From positions 2,448,749 to 2,512,748 of the forward strand of contig NW_018480078.1 in NCBI RefSeq assembly GCF_002113885.1: 64,000 nucleotides of DNA, written 5' to 3'. A model generated the notes under the pieces. The model had not been told where the DNA came from. It searched no databases and worked only from the letters and a program-made list of their open reading frames with translations. Made by a program: the position numbers and the translations under genes. This DNA comes from Mizuhopecten yessoensis. Lineage: Eukaryota. Numbering within the stretch: position 1 is the stretch's first letter; each line of letters starts with the position of its first letter. Below, in pieces: positions 38,105-52,429 of this stretch.

Positions 38105-40592
38105 CTACAATTTAGGAACAATACATAATGAAATTATTTGGATTGAACTATAATATGGCCAACAGTACCACTTACAGTGGTGATATTAATTTTACTATAT
38201 TATCAAGCAACATCAATTATCTTATTTGATCATTTGAAAAAAAAAAAAAAAATGCTAGTAAAACAAGGGTCGTGTCTCAATTATGAAAAGATATTTTTAA
38301 AGTTAATTCATTTTCCATTTTGAAATTTAATTAAGATACAATGCAAGCGATTATCAAATAGGATGTTCCTTTAGATAAGATTGTTAGATAATAACCATGC
38401 TTCATGCAGTATGTGAATTTCTATGCAACAAGAGAGATTGCGCTGGTTACAGATATTTGATGCGGATATCATTCCAGATTGACAATTGAATCCTTCAGTC
38501 GCTGCTGTTAAGCTATTAACCAATGGGTCAGTAGTTCTTCTAATCTAGATGATCATTCTGTAACCTACTGTAACAACTGGATTAATCAACACTATCTATT
38601 TTGATGCTAAGAGTTCTTTGTCACGATCAAGGTTATATAAACAATGGAGTACCCCAGCAAGTGGCATCAATAAATATGAGTAAATGACCAGACTCTTTCT
38701 ATAATCTGTATGACAACATGTATTGCAGGCAAGTGGACAACTGTGAAACACTATATATGTACCAGTGACTGTTTTGTAGTTGCTTTCTGAACATGATTGA
38801 ACTAAAACACCTTAATTTCATAAAGTTTAGTTGGAATCTATGGACAGTTGACATGCATCTGGTATAGTTTTCCTCGTCAAAAAAGTTATTTTTCAACAAA
38901 TCTTCTTTAGGAGTTTAACTACAGCACTATAAGTCGTTGTAAATGTGGATAATTAATTAATTGATGGTGTAGATCTATGATTTCAGATTGATTTATCAAA
39001 TTAATTGATGGGTGTAGATATATGATTGATTATCAAATTAATTGATGGTGTAGATCTATGATATCAGATTGATTTGAACTACTGCCTCAAGTACAACTCA
39101 GACAATTAATTTATGTCTCAATTTTCAACATAATTTACCAATATTTTTCATATGAATTCTTAAGTCATTCCAAAAGCCCAAATTTTGGGTCTCACCTTTT
39201 GATGCATTATATTATCAATGCTTTATCTGTAAAAGCATATTTTTTTTTAATTGAATGCTATTGAATGAATTTATGTCAGCATTATGATACAGTTAAAATT
39301 TCACAAACTTTAAAAGTTGTTGTACATGTATTTGTAGACAAGCCACAAATTTACAGCAAGGTTTGAACATCAAAACTACTCCTTTAGCATGAAACCACAT
39401 TATTAGTAAAAACAACGGAAAACATGGCATAATTTGTGTGAACTCCACATGAAGGACTTACAATCTGGAGGTTTAATAGTTTCAACAAGAAGCAGTTTCC
39501 CTTTAATAAAGAGATACCAATGAAGAACAATATTATCTTTGTACACATGCAATACTCGTGGTCATCATTCCACTACCAGTCAGTCGAGTCAGAAGTTAGA
39601 TGTGGTGGAGGGGTTTGGGAGGGTTCCTGAAACTGCTCATGCACACACAAACTGCACAACGGTTCACACAAGGCAAGTCTGTAGTGCTCGGAACATCTAA
39701 CCGATTCAGGCAAACAGCATTAGTCAATGTTTTTTACTACTGATGAACACAATCGGGCAGCATCCTAATATGAATGAAACTTACCCGTACTCTTAAATGA
39801 TTTGGAGTTGTCTTACTTCCATGGAAAAGTCTTGTGCGAAAACGATGTGTTCAATTTATGAACACCAGTATGATTGAATAGACCTTCACAGATGGGCTGG
39901 AAACTTGTGCAAACCTAAAAAGTCTTTATTACTGAATTTCAGTACTAAAGGTTAATGCAAACCTAGGCGTCCTGCTGAAGTTACCAGACAGTGAACAGAC
40001 AGTACTTTCCGATCCAGATACTAATCATTACCTGGGTACATTTATAACTATTATACCACAATATTTTCTATTCAATACATGCAAGCAAATACTTCTGTAG
40101 CAACGTCATATTAGCTTTGATGAGGTTTTATCTTTCAATAATCTCACTTTGCATATGCAATTTATGTATGTTTGAACAGAGAACTACAAAATTAGGCCTA
40201 GGGGGGAACTTTCATCCCGACCAAATAATGGTTTAGCATAAAGGATATGTTCAAAATAAGAAAATGTTGAAACAACTTTTTAAATGACTCTTTTTGCACA
40301 GAAATTATGTGTGATTTTTTTTTTATATTTTTCAATACAACCCTTTTTGTGCTTTTATGACAATTCATTATGAAGTATCATTTTATCTTTTTTGATTGAA
40401 CTGACATTCTTATTTCTTATTTTTACCTCAAAAATGAAGATTCATTCAACTAACTTGTATGAGCTGCAAGCAAGCAATCAATCAGATAAATTTATAACCC
40501 TGTAGATTTTGAATGCTTCAAGTCAATTTGAGACAAAAACACGAAATCAACAATAAATATGAAAACAAACAGTTTGTGTGACGAAATACAAA

Positions 40593-40598
40593 TTTATT
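40593..40598 (-). terminator. Candidate poly(A) signal for Rho terminal exon A
   Basis: AATAAA on the minus strand followed about 25 nt later by TGTTTGTTTTC. Confidence 0.45.
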
Positions 40599-41317
40599 AC
40601 TACACAAATTGCTATATTTAGCATGGTTACAAATTTGTTTACAGAAATACCACAAAATGAAGATTAACATGAAACTACAAGTTTAGAGTCAGAGACAATC
40701 AAATAAAATCAGATCTTAAATAATAAAAATATCTTTCAATATCTTTTGAATTTTATTTAAGAGAAAACATGTTTTAATCTCACTTGACTGGTTATCACAA
40801 ATTAAAAGTTCATTCAAGATTAAAATAAATATAATTATAAAACAACAATTATATTTACAAGTCAAACACTGGAATGTGTAGAATTAGAATGTAAACATTG
40901 TGTTAAAGAGAAAACTCTTTAAAGGGAAGAAAGAAATCACATTTGCAACTTGTGTAATTTTAAAGCTTCAAATTTTAAAGCTTCAATGCCCAACAGTATA
41001 TTTTTATCAATCTTCTATACTCTTCCTTTGGGAATTATAATCATCTAATGATGTATCACAAACATAGAATGCATAAAAAAGTCAAGAATATTTCAGGATG
41101 GCTTTGTTATTCCAAGACAACATGTACCAAAAATAAAACAAAGCTTCTATCTGCTTTTACTATGAACAACTTCACATCTAATCATACCCATCAGTAATAT
41201 GTATAGGTGTGATTTTTAATCAAATGCAAACTACAGTATTTAAACGATGTTAAGCCTTTCCATTTGTGTTGAAAACTTCTAGAAATTGCATTTGAACTGT
41301 TTTGTATCTTATATCGT

Positions 41318-41743
41318 TCAAAGAATCTTGCAAAAACGCCTCCTTCTCTTTTTCTTGGATGACAGGGCAGCAGCTGTGGCGGTCTCAAACACTTCTCGTA
41401 CCCCTTCTTTTGTCTTGGCTGAACACTCCATGTAGGCCTTGGCGTGAATGGTATCTGCCGCTGACTGCCCTTCTGATGCCTTTACCGGTTCTTGTTTCAT
41501 TTTACGTAGCTCCCTCTTTGTGTTTTCATCATTTCTAGTGTCTTTTTTGTTCCCCACAAGAATAATAGGAACATTGGGGCAGAAGTGTTTCACTTCTGGA
41601 GTCCATTTTTCTGGAATATTCTCTAAACTGTCTGGGCTGTCGATGGAGAAACACATAAGGATGACGTCTGTATCAGGATAAGACAGAGGTCGTAGTCGGT
41701 CGTAATCTTCCTGACCTGCCGTATCCCATAGGGCCAACTCTAC
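41318..41743 (-). CDS. RHOA: RhoA/Rho1 alternative terminal exon A (residues 53-193, ending [14 protein letters not shown])
   Basis: attgcag|GTA acceptor, phase 0. Intact ORF with DTAGQ, NKKD, ECSAK and CAAX. Confidence 0.95.
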   Translation of the reverse strand, partial: VELALWDTAGQEDYDRLRPLSYPDTDVILMCFSIDSPDSLENIPEKWTPEVKHFCPNVPIILVGNKKDTRNDENTKRELRKMKQEPVKASEGQSAADTIHAKAYMECSAKTKEGVREVFETATAAALSSKKKRRRRFCKIL

Positions 41744-42977
41744 CTGCAATGATACAAGGTGACAAGTTTTTGTGAGATCTGAAGCACAAGCTAAAAGCCA
41801 CTTTAAGTATATTCAACATTAGCAGCAAAATTAAAAACATGCCTCAAATATAGTGTAACAACAAAAATCATGCAATAGTTTACCTTAAAGAACATTTAAT
41901 TATCCTATGGTTCACACACATAGCATTTTTTTTCAAAAGATGGATTGCTTTATAAAACCGCCTTAAATATGATTGAATTCAATAATTCAGTTATAAAACA
42001 TGAAAAGATATTTTGAACTATTATATTTCAAACATTGTTAGAAATGCTTCAGGTAATCCCCGAAAAACTGGTACCATGAAGCTTTTTGTTATAGATATTT
42101 AGTGTGAACCAAAGAAGACAGACAGATAATGCAACAGAAGTGAAAGTGCTGAAATACTAAGGTTGTAGTGTAGCCAAAAAATATTTTATGAAATGAAACT
42201 TTTATAATACAGGAGAAAATATGTTGAAAGGAAAATGAGAGAAAAATGAAATGAAAGGTCCAAGTTCTTTTTTTTTCCAGGTACAACTTGATCAAATAAT
42301 AGTACAAGAATTATAAGATCTCATTTGGACTACAATCCTCAACAGCTGGTACAAATCCTTACTGCATGCAGACATGGAAAAGGACTCACCTTTTCAATTA
42401 TAATTTATTCTTCAGATGTCGGTCTGCTTCATGTTGTAGGAAACAAGTCGAGCGAAAAATTCGCGAATATAATGATTTGGAAGTTTTAGATAACATGATT
42501 ATCTCAGTTCAAATATTTAAGCAGTATTGCCTTACGTAAAATCAACAACTACTACACAATGTATACATTGAAGATGAGGTGAGAACAAAATGTGCAAATA
42601 TCTCCATAAATAAAATTTGAAGCCAAGTGAAAGAATACAGTTGTTTTGCACCGCACACAGTCTAAGACACTGAAGCACCAATATAAAAAAATACATAACA
42701 ATAAATCAATCAGAGCAAAATGAAAGCAAACAATTCTACCTAGCATCAGAGAGAGTTCCATTTCTATCCTACTATTAAAATCTGCATGCAATTGTAAATC
42801 CTACACAACTTCGTTAAGAACTATTACTGGAAATGTTACCCTGGTAGAAAAATGAGAAGTTTATCTTAGAATTAAGATACAAGAAAGCCGAGCCCCGACT
42901 TTCCTTGAATACCAATCTGAAGCAATCATCCATATCTGTAACCAGCACAATGTTCCCGTGTCGAAAACACAGTGTTA

Positions 42978-43304
<327 letters not shown>

Positions 43305-44396
43305 TCAAATTATTAAGTTACTTTTAATGAGGAATACAGCTGATTTAACGACTACATTAGTGTTGTGGGACACCAACTAATGCTTGGTTGATCCCATTCT
43401 GTTAATTATATAAATGGACCTGATATTATGTATAATCAGTATTTAAAATATTAAAAATAAAGTCTAAACAACAAAGATTTTTATCAACAACAGTGAATTA
43501 TCTTTTCCTCAATAAGTCTTTTCTGGTTGGTGCCTGTTTGTTCAACACGATAAATCTCAAGTCCGATACTAATCACTCAACACAAACAAAACTCTGGACT
43601 TTAACTAGTTATCCAATTAGTAAATCATGGACTATACGCGAGTGATTTGTCTTCCTCTTTTCTACAGGGGCATGTGCCTGTGTTGATTTTAGAAAATATC
43701 ATCCACAATTATTTTTTGTTTGTCCAGATTTCGGGAAGGAAACCAGCTAAACATTATGCAGGGGAATGTAAGGCTCCAACAAATAGACCTTAAAAATCAC
43801 TGTGAACGGTTTTATCGAATATTCATCTGGGGCTACCAAACAAAAACAGTATGTGGTTAGATTCTAGACGTGTGGAGCAGGCTTCCTCTTTCACTGAAGC
43901 CGAACCCATCTTCAGCAGAATTCAAAACATTTTCATAGAATACATCAACCTATACTGTGCCAAACAAAACATACCAAAACAAACGTTCGATTAGACAACC
44001 GTTAAACATCGAATAAGATCCAAAAAGAGGGTTTTCCAGACATTCTAGTAGACAGCAGATGCAACGATGATGTCATCAAGATGGCGAATATGGAATTCAA
44101 AGATCAAACCCACAGCAAAAACATACGAACTATACATATTTCACCACACATACACATTTGATCGTTACTCATTAGGACAGCTTAGTTATTGCAGGACAAG
44201 ATCTGGCAACGCATTATGCATTTTATAACCGAATTCGCCGTCAAATCGTAATGACAATGAGCATGCTGAGGTCATTGCCAAATAGGGAAGTGAATAATTA
44301 TATCCACAATTCTAATAATATTCATCGTTTCAAAGATTTTTATCGATCATCTTTCTTTCAGTATACATAACAGAAGTTTTGTAGACAATTTCTTAC

Positions 44397-44995
44397 CTTA
44401 TACCGTATGTAATTTACCGGTTTCAACTAAGTAAAAACGTTCATCTACTGATACATTCAAGCACCGACCACACCTCAATTGTCCTTAGAGGGCTGAATCA
44501 ATTGCTCAGGAATTGTGGGAGTCGGATGTTTGTCTGAAGCATCATGGGAAGTATTTGACTGTGTTATTTTAGTGTTTGATTCATATATCTATACGATTCA
44601 AACGTTCAAGCGACGTCAGAAACAGCAGACGAAATCTGCTCTTTCCGGGTTTATTTTGTTAGAGCCTATTTTGTCTGAATTTTTATACAAATAAAATTTA
44701 TTTAGTTTAAAAGATCAAGTGGATGTTCATTTTGAGCCGATGTACAAATTTATGCATTTATATTTCTCAAAAAGAGCCTTTAAAGATGCATATTTGTTAA
44801 AATAAGTTTTTTTGTAAACAACGTCGTGAAAACAAAAATAGCTTTAAAAACACTTACCGTTGTTTCTTGAGCAACACAGTAATGACATTACTCTCAGGAA
44901 TATTTGTATTGTAGGCCATGACTCTTGTTTATATATCTAGGGCCTGCTTGTCTAAAAATAACCAGAAACTTAGTGAGCTAAAATCTGATTGGTCC
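44397..44995 (-). promoter_or_regulatory. Candidate Rho promoter region and non-coding first exon(s)
   Basis: Minus-strand donors AG|GTAAGA (44396) and CG|GTAAGT (44857), TATA-like ATATATAAA (44928-44936) and CCAAT (44988-44992). Confidence 0.4.
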
Positions 44996-46499
44996 GATTC
45001 TTTGCCACAGCCAGAAACTATAAATAGAATGCTACCTTTTACAGTTGATAATACGCGTACTCTGAATAATGACTAACATTTAAATATATCTGCCATTCGT
45101 TTTGTATAAAACAAGACAGCCTTAAAGTAGATTTATTATATTCAATATTGAGAAATAATGAACACAATATTTCAACAACAACGTAAAATAACTTAGAAAT
45201 TAACGTAACGAATTGTTAAATAAATGTTAAATGGTCCCTGCATGCTGGGGACTGAAAAGGTAAGAGTAAAATAAATATAATGTAATTGCATGGATTTGAC
45301 ACATATTGTCATATGTACTCAAATACTTTGAATTCGTCTCCGATACACCTGGTCAACAACATTATTTTTCCCCAGCAATTAGGCTAATTAATATAAATTG
45401 CACTAGATCAAGCTAGATTACCAATTGTGAGGTCATAGTTGCATGTTTACACAAGAAAGTACATATATATATATACTTAATAATAATAATAATATATAAT
45501 GTTTGATATAGCGTCCTATCTAGCTAACATAAGCCACTCTAAAGCGCTTTACAGTAGTACAAAGATATACAATTAATACAATTAGGATATACAATTTTTG
45601 AGGAATTCGCAGGAGCTGCCTTATCAAACTACTAGTCCTATGCCACCTGGCTAATATCTCCCTATGTGTGTATGCCTGCGTGTGTGCTGGAGATGTATTG
45701 TGTATATACTTCAGCTTAATTTCGAACAATCTTCCTATGATTCTCCAGAGACATATCAAGTTACATGCATCTAAATTATAACCAAAGATATAGCTTAATT
45801 AGGTCTAAAAACTATTTGTAACTTAATTTTTCATCTTTAACGTACACATGTATTATTCTGATTCTTATCTGTTGTACTTCGCTGGTGGTATTAATGACAT
45901 CAATAATTTAATCAGTTTTCATTCTTGAAAACTCAGCATCAATATAATTTAATATTTTAAAGCCTCTATTTCTCCCTGATGCCTTTGGGTTTGACTTTTT
46001 TTATTGAACCATTCCATGAAATTTAAGAGTTATTGAGCTTTATAACTTTATTCTGTACATGGTTGTGACCACTGTGAAGATTAAAATTAATTTCTTCATA
46101 CTTTAGCAAATATTTACAATGTTGGGGATCTTAGCAGTTTAGCTCACAGGTTGGGTGTCTGGGACATTCACACGAAATAAATGGAGAAGAAAACTTAAAA
46201 ATATAACCTAAAAGAGAGAAAATCACTTTTTAGATATGACGTCATAATACATAAGATGTGACTATAAATAACGCCACCATAGTCTTCAACACAGTTTAAG
46301 CCTTCAAACATTTTTACAAGAAGTGGTATAAGAAGGGAAAAGTTATATTATTAATCAAAACAGTTATGAAATATCTTGTAACACAACGAATCTTAAAAAT
46401 TTGGTCTGTGCGACGGACATCTCGTGAACTAAACTCATTAATCTGAGGCCTAATGGTTGTGATTTAGTGTAAATGCATTGCATACATATTGAAAATACC

Positions 46500-47350
46500 A
46501 ATATCTCTACTGTACTTGCAGTTTTATCGTCGACTTAGCCGTCAATGCAAGTATTTTTTTTATTTTTTTACAAGTGTACTTTGGTATATACCATGTATAC
46601 TTACGACCCAATGGTTGTTTATGGAAATGACGCTCGGACAGATTTGATAATTCATTTTCCATTTTCATGCAATGTGTATAGTTTAGAATTTTTTTTAACC
46701 AGTATTGCTTGTGTCTAATATTTAGCCATCTTACAACACTTTGATTAAAACACCATCTCAAAATGTTCTAGATTTATATTTGAAAATAATTTGTTGTCGG
46801 CCTGAAAGTACTGAGCCAAGCACTGTATAATTGCTGCATGATGATTGTACATAGAAACCGACCAAAAAACCCCTCTGGATCTGCCATGCAGTCTGTTCAA
46901 GCCAATGGTCTGAAGTTGTAAAACAATCGGGAGACTTCAATGTTTGCAGACGGAAACTTGAACAGTGAAATGTATATTCAGCCTCTAGATTCCAATTTAT
47001 AGCCTGTGGTTGTTAAAAACAAAAATTCAGACAAACCCTACTTGTTTCAAGATGAGAACACCACCCCTCATGCCACCTATCAAACAAAACTGTGGAAGGC
47101 CGATCAGAACATGGAATTCCCATTTTGCCATGACCTGCCCAGTTTCCTGACTTAAATTTCATTATCATTGATAATAGTTGGGTTTTGATGAATAATAATG
47201 TAAAAAAGAATGCTGAAAAAACCCACCTCGGATGATCTTAAGTTGCAGTTTCAACGTTCCTGGAACATTCAGAATCTGTACTCACCAATCCCAGGGTCTG
47301 TACAGGTCGTTATATATACGATCAAAAGGTCTCATCATGGAGTATTAAAG
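46500..47350 (+). mobile_element. Degenerate Tc1/mariner transposase relic
   Basis: Frameshifted DGNLNSEMY, FQDENTTPH (FQxDNAxxH-like) and (W)PAQFPDLN (WPxxSPDLN-like) motifs. Boundaries approximate. Confidence 0.65.
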
Positions 47351-47728
47351 ATATAAATCAAATTCTAAACAGGTAAGCAATCCTTTATTACCATGAAATA
47401 TTTTCAATAAATAAATCTAGATGGCAGATTTTTTGTCCACTTTTGTCACAATGCCGTGCAAGAAGGTTCCTATTGTAGGTCAGCATAATTCCTAATACAG
47501 ATTCTCTCGAAAATCTGTTTCCATCACGACTTCCGAGACGGAAGATAATCGACTCTACGTTTTCCCATGTTTTTACACGTTCTTATTAAACATATGATTA
47601 TTTCTTTCTCGGTGGGTAATAATGCTACTAGTTCTCATATCCTGCATATGTTTACATTTTATAATTATGTGATACCTTTCATTTTTAATTTCATTTGGAA
47701 ATTCATGATACGTGATCCCGTTATGTTT

Positions 47729-50700
47729 CATCCTCGAAACTTCAGTGGTTACGTCCACTTTCGCTCTGCACCCCTGGAGACATCCTTGTTACTCCAGGCC
47801 CCTGGAATCATCCTTGATACTCCAGGCCCCTGGAATCATCCTTGACACAACAGGTCCCTGGAATCATCCTTGACACTCCAGGCCCCTGGAATCATCCTTG
47901 ACACTCCAGGCCCCTGGAATCATCCTTGATACTCCAGGCCCCTGGAATCATCCTTGATACTCCAGGCCCCTGGAATCATCCTTGATACTCCAGGCCCCTG
48001 GAATCATCCTTGATACTCCAGGCCCCTGGAATCATCCTTGACACTCCAGGCCCCTGGAATCATCCTTGACACTCCAGGGCCCTGGCATCATCCTTGACAC
48101 TCCAGGCCCCTGGAGTCATTCTTGATACTCCAGGCCCCTGGAATCATCCTTGACACTCCAGGCCCCTGGAGTCATTCTTGAGACTCCAGTCCCCTGGAAT
48201 CATCCTTGACACTCCAGGCCCCTGGCATCATCCTTGACACTCCAGGCCCCTGGCATCATCCTTGACACTCCAGGCCCCTGGCATCATCCTTGACACTCCA
48301 GGCCCCTGGAATCATTCTTGATACTCCAGGCCCCTGGAATCATCCTTGCCACTCCAGGCCCCTGGAATCATCCTTGATACTCCAGGCCCCTGGAATCATC
48401 CTTGACACTCCAGGCCCCTGGAATCATCCTTGATACTCCAGGCCCCTTGAATCATCCTTGACACTCAAAGCCCCTGGAATCATCCTTGACACTCCAGGCC
48501 CCTGGAATCATCCTGGACACTCCAGGCCCCTTGAATCATCCTTGCCACTCAAAGCCCCTGGAATCACCCTTGTTACTCCAGGTCCCTGGAATCATACTTG
48601 ACACTCCAGGCACCTGGAATCATCCTTCATACTCCAGGCCCCTGAAATCATCCTTGACCCTCCAGGCCCCTGGAATCATCCTTGACACTCCAGGTCCCTG
48701 GAATCATATTTGACACTCCAGGTCCCTGGAATCATCCTTGACACTCCGGGCCCCTGGAATCATATTTGACACTCCAGGGCCCTGGAATCATCCTGGTTAC
48801 TCCAGGTCCCTGGGATCATCCTTGACACTCAAGGTCCCTGGAATCATCCTGGACACTCCAGGCCCCTGGCATCATCCTTGTTACTCCAGGTCTCTGGAAT
48901 CATCCTTAATACTCCAGGCCCCTGGATTCATCCTTGACACTCCAAGGCCCTGGAATCATCCTAGAAATCCCAGGCCCCTGGAACCACCCTTGTTACTCCA
49001 GGTCCCTGGACTCATCCTTGACACTCCGGGCCCCTGGAATCATCCGTGACACTCCAGGCCCCTGAAATCATTCTTTATATTCCAGGCCCCTGGAAGCACC
49101 CGTGTTGCTCCAGGCCCCTGGAGACATCCTTGACACTCCAGGTCCCTCGAATCATCCTTGACACCCCAGGCCCCTGGAACCACCCTTGTTACTCCAGGCC
49201 CCTGCAATCACCCTTGTTACTCCAGGTCTCTGGAATCATACTTGACACACCAGGTCCCTGGAATCTTCCTTGACACTCCAGTCCCCTGGAATCACCCATG
49301 TTACTCCAGGCCCCTGAGATCATCCTTGACACTCCAGGGATGCAGAGGGCGTAAGTGAGCGTAACCCCTGGAGTATAGAAGATGGTGTAACCCCTGGAAT
49401 CATCCGTGACACTCCAGGCCCGTGGAATCATCCTTGATTCTCCAGGCCCCTGGATTCATCCTTGATACTCCAGGCTCCTGGAATCATTCTTGATACTCCA
49501 GGCTCCTGGAATCATTCTTGATACTCCAGGCGCCTGGAATCATCCTTGCCACTCCAGGTCCCTGGGATCATCCTTGACACTCCGGGCCCCTGGAATCATC
49601 CGTGACGCTCCAGGTCCCTGGACTCATCCTTGACACTCCAAGTCCCTGGAATCATCCTTGCCACTCCAGGTCCCTGTAATCATCCTTGACACTCAAGGCC
49701 CCTGGAAGCATCCTTGACACTCCGGGCCCCTGGAATCATCCGTGACGCTCCAGGTCCCTGGATTCATCCTTGACACTCCGGGCCCCTGGAATCATCCCTG
49801 ACACCCCAGGCCCCTGGAACCACCCTTGTTACTCCAGGTCCCTGGGATCATCCTTGACACTCCAGGACCCTGGAATCATCCTAGAAATCCCAGGCCCCTG
49901 GAACCACCCTTGTTACTCCAGGTCTCTGGAATCATACTTGACACTCCAGGACCCTGGAATCATCCTAGAAATCCCAGGCCCCTGGAATCTCCCTTGTTAC
50001 TCCAGGTCTCTGGAATCATCCTTGTGACTCCAGGTCCCTGTAATCATCCTTGTTACTCCAGGTCTCTGGAATCATCCTTAACACTCCAGGCCACTGGAAT
50101 CATCCTTGTGACTCCAGGTCCCTGTAATCATCCTTGACACTCCATGCCCCTGGAATCATCCTTGACACTCCAGGCTTCTGGAATCATCCTTGATACTCCA
50201 GGCCCCTGAAATCATCCTTGATATTCCAGGCCCCTGGAATCACCCTTGTTACTCCAGGCCCCTGCAATCATCCTTGATATTCCAGGCCCCTGGAACCACC
50301 CTTGTTACTCCAGGCCCCTGGAATCATCCTTGTTACTCCAGGCCCCTGGAATCATCCTTGTTACTCCAGGTCCCTGGAATAATCCTTGTTACTCCAGGTC
50401 CCTGGAATAATCCTTGTTACTCCAGGTCCCTGGAATCATCCTTGATACTCCAGGCCCCTGAAATCATCCTTGATACTCCAGGCCCCTGAAATCATCCTTG
50501 ATACTCCAGGCTCCTGGAATCATTCTTGATACTCCAGGCCCCTGGAATCATCCTTGATACTCCAGGCCCCTGGAATCATCCTTGATACTCCAGGCTCCTG
50601 GAATCATTCTTGATACTCCAGGCTCCTGGAATATGTCAGCAAAATTGAAGGCTCAGTGTGTGCCACACTGGGGATGACACAAGATCAGACTAGTTCGATC

Positions 50701-50888
50701 TTTGGGTGTCACCCCTCTGTAATCTTCAAAGAACAGGTATTAGCCTAGGGATTGATCAGTTTTTTCTTTACCCGAGACCAACAAAATAGCTAGCCATGTG
50801 CCTTCAATTTTGCTATGACGTATTCCAGGGGTGCAGACCAGGGGTGCAGAAAGCAAAAGTGAGCGTAACCTCTCAACTATCGAGGATG
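47729..50888. mobile_element. CATCC...GGATG Mutator-like element inflated by an internal satellite
   Basis: Left end catcctcgaaacttcagtggttacgtccactttcgctctgca. The element body resumes at about 50625. Right end gtgagcgtaacctctcaactatcgaggatg. Flanks gttatgttt / gttaagttc. Confidence 0.8.
47771..50630. repeat. 28-bp satellite, about 100 copies
   Basis: Unit cccctggaatcatccttga(c/t)actccagg. Confidence 0.97.
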
Positions 50889-51499
50889 GTTAAGTTCATA
50901 CTGGTAATAATTAAATTACATGGCAGGTTCTAGGATACTAGAAAGAAAATATTCTGAACTCTCCCGGTGTATTTTCTCAAGTACTTTTCACACGATCAAC
51001 ATTGGCAATTGTCACGTGAAAATAAAATCCTAAAAGGCTGATAGAAGCCCATAAACCCGGTCTTCGTAAAGGGTTGGGACTTGGAACGGGACATTAATGG
51101 CCATTCGCATTATTTTTGACAAACTGGTTTCCATATATGCAGGTAGCTGAAGACTATGGACAATTTTTTCGTCGCCATCTTGCTCTCATCGGAAACTATA
51201 TATGCTATTTCTTTGGTGTCACTACCCCCGTTCTCGCTATGAGGACATGACATTACTTTGAAATGACCTGAATTTACAAGAAAGGTGTCGTCGATGAAGC
51301 AGCAGACGTTTACCAACTCAACACGTTTGATCGTACCCTCCTTGTACTTTTTTTAAAGTGTTTTCATGTAAATGTTTCCTATGTTTATGTTTTACCATAG
51401 TTTTATTGATATTGAGTTTGAATTATGGTTTCGTTGACACTTCGATCGGTGTTTTCTTGTGTTTTTGTTGTTGTTGTAGGGTGTTTCCCTCTCTTGTCA

Positions 51500-52260
51500 C
51501 CATTTTGTCCATGTCTACTTGTATGGCCAGTATTTAGCAGTTTGGCCTAATGTGATGGAAGTTCTCCTGGCGTAGTCATTTTCCTTGAACCTCAGGTTTC
51601 GAACGTTCTTGCTGTCTCTCCGATGTAATCTTCGCTAAAGTCATTATACTTGACCTTGTACGATACCCTACACGTCTCCATAGGTGTGTGGTCTTGAGTT
51701 CGGACTTACTGTGATCCAAGAGGGCTTATGATACGTGTTGTTTCCCTGGTTTTGAAAACCATTTTGTGAGTTTGTCTATTTAAAGCGCCTCGGACACACG
51801 TAAGAGCAAAGCTGGTCACATTCCCTTGGCCACTCTTTCCTTTTGTTGGACGTGGAGGCTTTTCCATCATGGAGTTTAACAAAAACCCAGGAACAGTACT
51901 TGATGCATGCAACACTGGTCTGAGGTGTTCCAACTACTTCGCTTTGACCTTTTCCTCAATTACTAGTGTCTCAGCCTGGTGGAAAAAGATTCTTACAACA
52001 GATCGTTTATATACTATTTGATTTCTGTACACTGTAAATTTGTTGGGAGTGCCATCATTTATGTGGACATATATATCCAGAAATGAAATGTTAATTCATC
52101 ACCCTCATCCTCCGACTCCACAGTGAACTTGATGTGCTGGTCACTCAAACTCTAAAGGTCAGTGTAATCTTTCATGCCATTCTTGTCCAACTTTTGTCAT
52201 CAACATAACAAACCTAGATTTCGGAAGGTTTAGTCTATAATGTAACTGCCTCCACCTCCT
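51500..52260 (-). mobile_element. Degenerate Penelope-like retroelement fragment
   Basis: Minus-strand DQHIKFTVESE and ISFLDIYV...FTVYR resemble the Penelope RT C-terminus. Heavily frameshifted, boundaries approximate. Confidence 0.55.
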
Positions 52261-52429
52261 CCTCCTCCTCCTCGAAAAACAAATTTATTCTGTGACACTG
52301 GCGAACCTATATAACGTGACGATGCCCCTATATGGACACGTGACAAGCTGCAATAAATATTTGTTGATAAATTATAAATTCTCCATCTATTTATATGGTA
52401 TTTTTATTTATTAAGTTATCTCGAGCAAA

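Noticed and set aside
31142-41681. Plus-strand ORFs at 31142, 37737, 41302 and 41448
   Set aside because: Antisense shadows of the Rho exons.
31087-41749. Three independent Rho genes or processed pseudogenes starting at their own Met
   Set aside because: They lack the P-loop and switch I, homology starts exactly at an AG acceptor in phase with the single upstream exon, and no disabling mutations are seen.
48486-50489. Pro/Gly-rich ORFs
   Set aside because: Translations of the 28-bp satellite in rotating frames.
51150-51200. Hammerhead-like motif on the minus strand next to the Penelope relic (CCGATGA...GAAA...GTC)
   Set aside because: The core deviates from CUGANGA, stem II is imperfect and stem I cannot be paired. 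At most a decayed remnant.
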